From contig NC_015732.1 of NCBI RefSeq assembly GCF_000219725.1, positions 2,484,972 through 2,548,971 on the forward strand: a stretch of 64,000 nt of DNA, in the 5' to 3' direction. The position numbers and the translations under genes are program-made. The notes beneath the pieces are model-generated. The model made no database searches. It had not been told where the DNA came from and saw only the letters and a list, made by a program, of their open reading frames with translations. Numbering within the stretch: position 1 is the stretch's first letter; each line of letters opens with the position of its first letter. The DNA comes from Gracilinema caldarium DSM 7334. GTDB lineage: Bacteria; Spirochaetota; Spirochaetia; Treponematales; Breznakiellaceae. Shown piece after piece: positions 57,556-64,000 of this stretch.

Positions 57556-59451
57556 TCATTTTCCGTTACCCGCAAGCCTTTCCATCTCCTGTCGGGTCCG
57601 TTCCATCAGATCCGTTGTGGATTCCCGCTGTAAAAGATGGGGGTCGGGATATTGGGGATTCCCGATACGCACATAAATGGTCTGGCCAAAGAGGAACCGC
57701 AGTAGGCCCCAGGACCGTTTCTTAAAACTGATCCTGATCGGTACCACGGGCACCGAGGCTTCGACTGCAAGCTGAAAAGCCCCCCGCTTAAAGGGCCGCA
57801 GCTGTTCATCAAACTTAACCAGTTCTCCCTCAGGGAATACATGGATAAAGCGCCTGTGCCGCAAGAGACGGGAGAGTTCGTAAAAAAAGATACGGCCTTC
57901 GGTCAGCGTCTCTGGAATCGGCACACTGCCGAGGGCATTTACCAGAAAACCTGCAACCGGAAGCTTAAAATTGCTGGGCAGGGACGTAAAGACCGGTTTT
58001 TTCGGAAACGCTGCAAGGCCAACCATGGCTGAATCCAGGGTATGTACATGGTTGGCAACCAGGACTGCCCCGCTTTTCCGGCGTACCTTACGGAGGACCT
58101 TACGATTTTTAATTCGCACCCGCAGCACAAAGGTACAATAGAGCCACAGGAGAGGGATAGCGACAATATAATAGAAAACAATTGAAAAAAGCCTTGTGGG
58201 GATGCCCTTGTTTATCCGCCGTTTATACTCCCGTCCCGGGTTTTGCTTTTCCAGACGCCGGGTCTGTTCATCCTGCCGGGCCGCATCGAACATCTGCTCG
58301 GCCTTGCGTATTGAATAGTCCAGACGATACACCTTCGCCCGCTCGGTATAGGCCGGCCCCATCCTATACCGTTCTTCCGGATGTTCTATCCAGTACTCAA
58401 TTTTATGAGCCAGGTCCCGGCTGGAACCGGCTTTAAAGAGACTGCGTTCATCCAGGGCAAACTGGCCGGTGGCGCTTTTTTTACTGTTCGAAATCACCGG
58501 AACCTTACCGCAAGCGATTGCTTCGAGACAGGCTATGGCTTCAATTTCCACATCTGCCGCATGCACATAGAGATCGCAGGAATGAATCAGATTAATGAGT
58601 TCCTCCTGCTGGTAAAATCCGAAGGTTACCGGATTCGTGAGAGATTTCGCAAGCCACCGTAGATAGCCCTCTCGGGGGCCAGCACCGGCGAGATGTAGTT
58701 GAATACGATCTTCATATTTGGATAATTTTATGGCTTTAATGAGCACATCCTGCCGTTTTTCCGGAGCAAAGCGACCCACCATGAGAATATGAAACAACCG
58801 GTTTCCTCCGGAATCTGTTGATGGGTGGACCTCAGGTCCCTGAAAATTGGGAGCCGGGTATATAGCTCCCGGGAGATCTAAGCTCTGGGACACAGGACTG
58901 AAAGCGTAGCTGACTCCATTCGAAATTACATGGAGACGCCCCGTATAATGATGTTTAACCAGTTCCCGGGCAATAAAGGGAGAAGGACAGTGGATATGTT
59001 CAACCCTTCGGTAAAAGCTGAAACGAAACCAGAAGTAGATAAAAAATGCTATCGGTGCGCCCCAGGGACCTAGCCCGGCCCCATAGGTGATGTTTTCCGG
59101 CTGAACATGAAAAGCGGCCGTAGCGGGGATTCCCATTTTTTTTGCAAGCCCCAAACCCTTTCGTGCTACCTGCCAGGGCATGAAAAAATGAACCACATCA
59201 GCTCCGGTCAAGGCTTCCTGCATAACTTTTTTATCATATTTTGCAAATATCATGGACTGTTTTCGGGCTACCGGTGTTACGATGGGGATATAGCGCTCTG
59301 GAACCGAATACATGTCGGGGCCATGGACTCCCACACTTACCACCCGGACCTGGTGGCCCCGCATATTAAGGGCTTCGACAAAACGGAAGGCAGTCATGGT
59401 AGTTCCATTGGTCAGGATGCCGTAATTGTCGATCACAAAGACGATGACCAT
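57556..59451 (-). CDS. fusion protein: N-terminal GT4-type glycosyltransferase and C-terminal lysophospholipid acyltransferase (PlsC/LPLAT) domain
   Basis: The N-terminal ~390 aa have a GT-B fold with the E-x7-E region (HAADVEIEAIACLEAIACGKVPV). A TM segment is followed by acyltransferase motifs NHVHTLD, FPEGE and PVVPIRI. Confidence 0.7.
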   Translation of the reverse strand: MVIVFVIDNYGILTNGTTMTAFRFVEALNMRGHQVRVVSVGVHGPDMYSVPERYIPIVTPVARKQSMIFAKYDKKVMQEALTGADVVHFFMPWQVARKGLGLAKKMGIPATAAFHVQPENITYGAGLGPWGAPIAFFIYFWFRFSFYRRVEHIHCPSPFIARELVKHHYTGRLHVISNGVSYAFSPVSQSLDLPGAIYPAPNFQGPEVHPSTDSGGNRLFHILMVGRFAPEKRQDVLIKAIKLSKYEDRIQLHLAGAGPREGYLRWLAKSLTNPVTFGFYQQEELINLIHSCDLYVHAADVEIEAIACLEAIACGKVPVISNSKKSATGQFALDERSLFKAGSSRDLAHKIEYWIEHPEERYRMGPAYTERAKVYRLDYSIRKAEQMFDAARQDEQTRRLEKQNPGREYKRRINKGIPTRLFSIVFYYIVAIPLLWLYCTFVLRVRIKNRKVLRKVRRKSGAVLVANHVHTLDSAMVGLAAFPKKPVFTSLPSNFKLPVAGFLVNALGSVPIPETLTEGRIFFYELSRLLRHRRFIHVFPEGELVKFDEQLRPFKRGAFQLAVEASVPVVPIRISFKKRSWGLLRFLFGQTIYVRIGNPQYPDPHLLQRESTTDLMERTRQEMERLAGNGK

Positions 59452-59511
59452 AGATTTTTCCCTTGTATTATGTAAAATTGTAGTGATAATTTACTGATCG
59501 GTCGAGGGCCC

Positions 59512-60120
59512 GTGAGAGATAGAACAAATCTAAAGAACATACAAGAGGCGTTTCAAAAACCTTTACCCGGCAGGGAAGCACATCTCAAAATGGCACCTCC
59601 CTGGCGAAGGGATGCCCTGCAGCCCGAACAGCATTACCGGCCTTCGGCGGTTCTGCTATTGCTGTATCAGGCGGGGGATGCACTGTATTTTCCTCTTATT
59701 CTTCGAAGCAGTCAGTTGAACCACCATGCGAGCCAGATTGGGCTTCCCGGAGGCGCTCTGGAACCGGGAGAAAGTGCAGAACAGGCAGCCCTGCGGGAAA
59801 CGGAGGAGGAACTGGGGATTTCTACCGCAAAGATTCAAATCCTGGGCTCATTAAGTCCCCTGGGTCTTGCCGTCAGCGGCTACACGATTTACCCTGTTGT
59901 CGGATACCATGAGGGGCCTCTTAACGTTCGGCCAAACCCAGCTGAGGTAGCCCGTTGTATTATGGTTTCTCTTGATGAACTACTCCATGATAAAACAATC
60001 ATCACCCATACGTTGGAAGACGGCCGGAATGTCCCGGCGTATCGCCTTGCAGGAGCAACAGTCTGGGGTGCTACTGCCATGATTCTGGCGGAATTGACCG
60101 AAATTTTGATGCAGGAATAA
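59512..60120 (+). CDS. NUDIX hydrolase (CoA pyrophosphatase NudL-like)
   Basis: Nudix box GLPGGALEPGESAEQAALRETEEELGI and upstream UPF0035-like SAVLLLL motif. Confidence 0.8.
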   Translation: MRDRTNLKNIQEAFQKPLPGREAHLKMAPPWRRDALQPEQHYRPSAVLLLLYQAGDALYFPLILRSSQLNHHASQIGLPGGALEPGESAEQAALRETEEELGISTAKIQILGSLSPLGLAVSGYTIYPVVGYHEGPLNVRPNPAEVARCIMVSLDELLHDKTIITHTLEDGRNVPAYRLAGATVWGATAMILAELTEILMQE

Positions 60121-60646
60121 AGATATACAGTATTGTTTCCATATTATCAACCACAATTCTGCCATCTATTTGCTTTAAAAGTAGCTGAAATAATTCCATA
60201 TTAAGTTCAAAATGAGGATACTCATTGTTTAAAACAGGAAATGAAATCTTATTTTTAGTACTATACAGTTTTATAGTAATTTTAATCTCATCATTTTGAA
60301 TATTCTCAATAGATAATGATATTTTTTGCGGCTTATGCATTTCCATTACAAGATATAATTGAACAAAAAGCTCATGTATAAAAAGGGTAAGATGTTGAGA
60401 GTTTTGTATAGATACCGGTATAGGCTCAGCATGTTCGATTGTAATAATAGAGCGTTTTGTCTGAAAGTGAGTATTCTCTTCAAAATAAGACTGAAACCAT
60501 TGTAATAAATCGATGAGATTTACCATCTCGACATACTGATCCATTTTATGAATATCATAAACGCTTATTAATGAGCGTATTTCAGAAATTAACATGTCAA
60601 ATTGTTGAGCTGAATTATTACCAAGTTCAAACATCTGGTTATATAG
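60071..60646 (-). pseudogene. 3' part of an AT-rich gene split by an IS insertion (weak GHKL/histidine-kinase-like ATPase resemblance)
   Basis: The reading frame continues through the target duplication into 62294..62435 on the far side of the IS. The reconstructed pre-insertion ORF is ~237 aa with an AAAAGG RBS and ATG at 62435. GC is far below the neighbouring genes. Confidence 0.6.
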
Positions 60647-62293
60647 GGCTTCCTGAAAAACAAACAACTCTTTACAAAAGAAGCAAATACAGAGATAATC
60701 TCAATAAGAAGTGCACGGAAGAAAGGGGTAAGGCCTTAAAAAGCGTGCACTTTACTATGGGGTAACGATGTATAAGGAAAAGGAACAGGTACCTGAGTTT
60801 GAAGACTTTTATGTACCCTTCGGAGGACATTTACGAGAAGATAATCGATGGGTACGATTAGCCGCAATTATTCCATGGGAAGAGATAGAAGCTGAATATA
60901 AAAAATGTTTTTCAAAACGAATTGGAAGAACAGCCAAGACCGTACGGCTCGCCTTGGGATCATTATTGATAAAAGAGAAATTACAATTAACAGATGAAGA
61001 AACGGTAGAAACAATACGAGAGAACCATTACCTGCAATATTTTTTAGGATATGAATCTTACAAAGATGAAAAACCCTTTGATCCAAGCATGATGGTTCAT
61101 TTTCGAAAACGGCTTGGACCTGATGCAATAGCAAAGATAAATGAGTTGATAGCGAAACGGTATCAAGAACAGGTAGAAGCAGAATCTGAAAAAAAACAGA
61201 ACAAAAAAACCAAAAGGATGACCATGATCATGGAAATCGAGGGCAACTCATTATAGATGCCACGTGCGTCCCCCAGGATATCCGGCATCCCCATGATGTC
61301 ACTTTATTGGATGAAGCGCGAAGGAAAACAGAAAAGATAATTGATACGTTATATGAAGCGAGTGAGCTCACCATAAAACCACGAACCTATAGAAAACAGG
61401 CCCGTATCAAATATCTCAATTTTATACGAGGGCGACGAAGAACAAAAAAAGAAATACGCAGAGCGATTCGGACCCAACTCCAATACATACGACGTAATTT
61501 ACGGACTATCAATGAATTACAAAACAAGGTTCCCAGTACAACGTTGAGTGCAAAACAGCGACGTGATCTTATCGTGATACATGAGGTTTACCGGCAACAG
61601 GTACAGATGTATAAGGGAAAGACCCATTCGATATCGGGAAAAATCGTCAGTATCAGTCAACCCCATGTACGACCAATAGCCCGAGGTAAAGCAAAAGCGG
61701 CCTTTGAATTCGGAGCAAAACTATCAGCATCGATGACCGAACACGGGATGATTTTTATAGATCGATTACAATGGGAACCCTATAACGAACAAGAAGATTT
61801 GCCAACACAAATAGAAAAATATAAGAGGCGATGTGGTCGATATCCGGAATCGGTGCATGCCGATAAAATATATCGGACACGAGCAAACCGAGCCTATTGT
61901 GAAGCTCGAGGAATACGATTGTCTGGACCACCCTTAGGCAGACCGATTAAAGAAACATTAGAGAATAAAAAGATAGTACGACAGCTACGAAAGATTCAAA
62001 GACTTGACGAAGCCATTCGACAAGCGATTGAAGGTGGCTTTGGATATATGAAACGAAAGTTTGGTCTTGGTACAATCTATGAAAAATTACGCGAAACTAG
62101 TGAAACAGCAATCATGGTATGTGTATTGCTGACCAACTGTGAAAAGATCCTGAGGGATCTTTTTATGCGCTTTTTATTTTTACTTGGTTTTAAACCTCAT
62201 AAATCATATTTGAAAGTTTTAGTATACTAAATTAAACCCATTTTAACGTAAAAAAGTTTTGAAATATCATTTTTAGACATTTTCAGTAGGCCC
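60647..62293 (+). mobile_element. second copy of the 1.65-kb IS (1647 bp), 7-bp target duplication TATATAG
   Basis: Near-identical to 22180..23827, with the same terminal inverted repeats. TATATAG appears at 60640-60646 and 62294-62300. Confidence 0.8.
60768..62230 (+). pseudogene. transposase gene with a -1 frameshift in a poly-A tract (A7 versus A8 in the intact copy)
   Basis: The ORF breaks at 61256 after KKQNKKTKRMTMIMEIEGNSL and resumes as the 307-aa ORF 61307..62230, which is identical to the C-terminal part of the intact copy. The only visible difference is one A fewer at ~61203-61209. Confidence 0.75.
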
Positions 62294-62435
62294 TATATAG
62301 ATTTAACAAACTAAGAATTACCTGAATATTATTTCGAACATAATGATTTACTTTTTTCTCAAACGATTCTGTCAGTTGGCTTAGAGAATATTCAGAGAGA
62401 GGGTTGTTATTGGAATTTATTTTTTTAGATTTCAT
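62294..62435 (-). pseudogene. 5' part of the IS-disrupted AT-rich gene
   Basis: ATG at 62435 with an AAAAGG RBS, in frame with 60071..60646 through one copy of the target duplication. Confidence 0.55.
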
Positions 62436-62692
62436 TCGTAATACCTTTTCAGAATCGATAGCATATCGCTATTAGCGATATAAAAACATAGTATTAGCTC
62501 ATTGTTTTAATGTCAAGAAAAACAGACAATTATTAAAGACTATTTTTTTATACAATTGTCATGCAATTTGCTATGCGGTTTGTTAAGTTACAGAAAATTG
62601 CACTTAAAATCAAAAGATGGAAGGCAAGGTTTTCTAAATATTTCTCTATTTTGAAAACCAATTAATAAGGCATTGATTAGTGGTACACAATT

Positions 62693-63028
62693 ATGATGGA
62701 AAATGAATTACTAAATTTACTCGGTCATAACATTCGACAGACCCGTATCGAAAAAGGCCTTTCACAGTATGGTTTAGCATTAAAAACAGGAATGGCAGCC
62801 AATTCTATTAATGATATAGAGAATGGAAAACGTTGGGTTTCAGCAAAATCATTATCTAGAATAGCAAATGCCTTAGAAGTTGAGCCTTATATTTTCCTCC
62901 TTCCAAAATCATTTCGAATTAATGATGGAATTACTAGTATTAAATTATATGATGACGAAATGATTAAAGCTATCCAATCAGCTATAAAAGAAGTCAGAAA
63001 ACGTTATAATATCGATTCCGATTCTTGA
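62693..63028 (+). CDS. XRE family (Cro/C1-type HTH) transcriptional regulator
   Basis: HTH_XRE signature LLGHNIRQTRIEKGLSQYGLALKTGMAANSINDIENGKRWVSAKSLSRIANAL. AT-rich context. Confidence 0.8.
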   Translation: MMENELLNLLGHNIRQTRIEKGLSQYGLALKTGMAANSINDIENGKRWVSAKSLSRIANALEVEPYIFLLPKSFRINDGITSIKLYDDEMIKAIQSAIKEVRKRYNIDSDS

Positions 63029-63122
63029 TATTATAAAATAGTGAAAATTTTTCATATAATTTTCATTAAATAGCGATAAAAGCTTGATTTTTCTAATTTG
63101 TAAGCTGTATGATTTTTCAATC

Positions 63123-64000
63123 ATGAATATGCAATCCTTCTTTTCAATTGGAAGATTAGTTCCCCGAACCTTCGAAATTGGGAAAGCATTTCCCTACTCC
63201 CGGGAAAGTTTTGCTAAAGATCTTGTATCTGGCTTTACAGTCGGTATTGTAGCCCTGCCGCTGGCCATGGCCTTTAGTATCGCCGCCGGCGCATCCCCTG
63301 CCCAGGGCTTATACACGGCAATCCTCGCAGGTTTCTTCATCAGTTTCCTCGGCGGAAGCCGCTACCAGATCGGCGGGCCTACCGGTGCCTTTGTGGTCAT
63401 TATTTTCGGTGTCATTTCCCGACATGGGATGGAGGGGCTCGTACTGGCGACGATCCTCGCAGGACTTATGCTGATTGCAATGGGACTTTCCGGCCTAGGC
63501 CGGCTCATCAAATTTATCCCCTATCCGGTAACCACGGGTTTTACAACCGGTATTGGGCTGCTCATTTTTTCCCAGCAGGTCAAAGATTTTCTTGGACTAA
63601 AAATAGAAAAGGTATCTCCCGAATTTTTTGAAAAATGGGCTCAGTATTTTGAGCATATGGGCACCTTTGACCCATTAACCCTCTTTGTAGGATTACTCAC
63701 CATTACGATCATCATTCTGATCCGGCGCTTTTTCCCTCGAATTCCCGCGTCAGTAGTAGGAGTAGGCTTCACCACCCTGATATGTTTTATCTTTTCCCTG
63801 CCAGTAGAAACCATAGGATCCCGGTTTGGGGGCATTCCCTCAACATTACCCATTCCGACCCTGCCGGAATTTCATTGGAGTACAATGAAAGCCGTTTTCC
63901 CCGATGCAATCACCATCGCACTCCTTGCGGCAATCGAATCCCTGCTCTCCGCAGTTGTAGCCGATGGTATGACCGGAGACCGGCATAATGCCAACATGGA
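63123..64000 (+). CDS. SulP family anion transporter (sulfate/bicarbonate permease), 3' end outside the window
   Basis: The frame is open from ATG 63123 to the window end. Typical SulP N-terminus (FSIGRLVPRTFEIGKAFPYSRESFAKDLVSGFTVGIVALPLAMAFSIAAGASPAQGLYTAILAGFFISFLGGSRYQIGGPTGAF). Confidence 0.85.
   Translation, partial: MNMQSFFSIGRLVPRTFEIGKAFPYSRESFAKDLVSGFTVGIVALPLAMAFSIAAGASPAQGLYTAILAGFFISFLGGSRYQIGGPTGAFVVIIFGVISRHGMEGLVLATILAGLMLIAMGLSGLGRLIKFIPYPVTTGFTTGIGLLIFSQQVKDFLGLKIEKVSPEFFEKWAQYFEHMGTFDPLTLFVGLLTITIIILIRRFFPRIPASVVGVGFTTLICFIFSLPVETIGSRFGGIPSTLPIPTLPEFHWSTMKAVFPDAITIALLAAIESLLSAVVADGMTGDRHNANM

Noticed and set aside
60768-62230. Programmed frameshift in the second transposase copy
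   Set aside because: The intact copy is a single uninterrupted ORF with an A8 run, so the A7 version is most simply a slippage mutation. I flag it only as a possibility that transcriptional slippage restores some full-length product.
1-64000. Search for CRISPR arrays, tRNA/rRNA genes, reverse transcriptases (retron/DGR) and phage structural genes
   Set aside because: I found no regularly spaced short direct repeats and no tRNA-like GTTCGAATC-type T-arm motifs or rRNA-like segments. No RT, integrase or capsid/tail-like ORFs were seen, so none is reported.
51026-64000. Possible functional link between the beta carbonic anhydrase and the SulP transporter (bicarbonate uptake module)
   Set aside because: The two genes are 11 kb apart, separated by unrelated genes and an IS. 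There is no evidence of co-regulation in the sequence.

Overview
This 64-kb chromosomal window is dominated by carbohydrate uptake and catabolism genes, with clear mobile-element scars. GC content is moderate (about 45-50% by eye) with several AT-rich blocks. The host is probably a diderm anaerobe, possibly a spirochete, judging by a Lol-like LolA/FtsX/beta-barrel cluster and YesM/YesN regulators; this guess is low confidence. From left to right: (1) a YesM-type histidine kinase, a YesN-type REC-AraC regulator and a membrane-anchored tandem periplasmic-binding protein sit directly upstream of a ytfQRT-yjfF-like ABC importer. The C-terminal domain of the tandem protein is a close paralog of the importer's binding protein. 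(2) A GH36 alpha-galactosidase with a CUT1-type ABC importer and a LacI regulator. (3) A MGT-like glycosyltransferase divergent from an RtcB RNA ligase. (4) A decayed region holding an SNF2-helicase pseudogene, an IS1380-family transposase remnant and a degenerate duplicate of the lacI-GT-rtcB block split by an intact 1.65-kb IS with a 487-aa DDE transposase. (5) A histone-deacetylase-family gene, a beta-barrel outer membrane protein, a LolA-like protein and a two-permease MacB/LolCDE-like ABC exporter. (6) A GntR-SPFH operon. (7) L-fucose isomerase, FucU, a LacI regulator and an AEC transporter. (8) A self-contained mannitol-family PTS operon (EIICB, MtlR-like regulator, EIIA, EI, HPr) fused to a 1-phosphofructokinase-like PfkB kinase and a SorE/GatD-like zinc dehydrogenase, with no mtlD. 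(9) A methyltransferase, a PHP phosphoesterase, a MATE transporter, a PfkB fructokinase and a beta carbonic anhydrase. (10) A resistance islet: an Rpn-family nuclease remnant, an AAC(3)-type acetyltransferase and a CadA/CadC-like metal efflux pair. (11) A GT4-acyltransferase fusion protein, a NUDIX gene and a second, frameshifted copy of the IS inserted into an AT-rich gene. (12) An XRE regulator and the start of a SulP transporter. No rRNA, tRNA or CRISPR arrays were seen.
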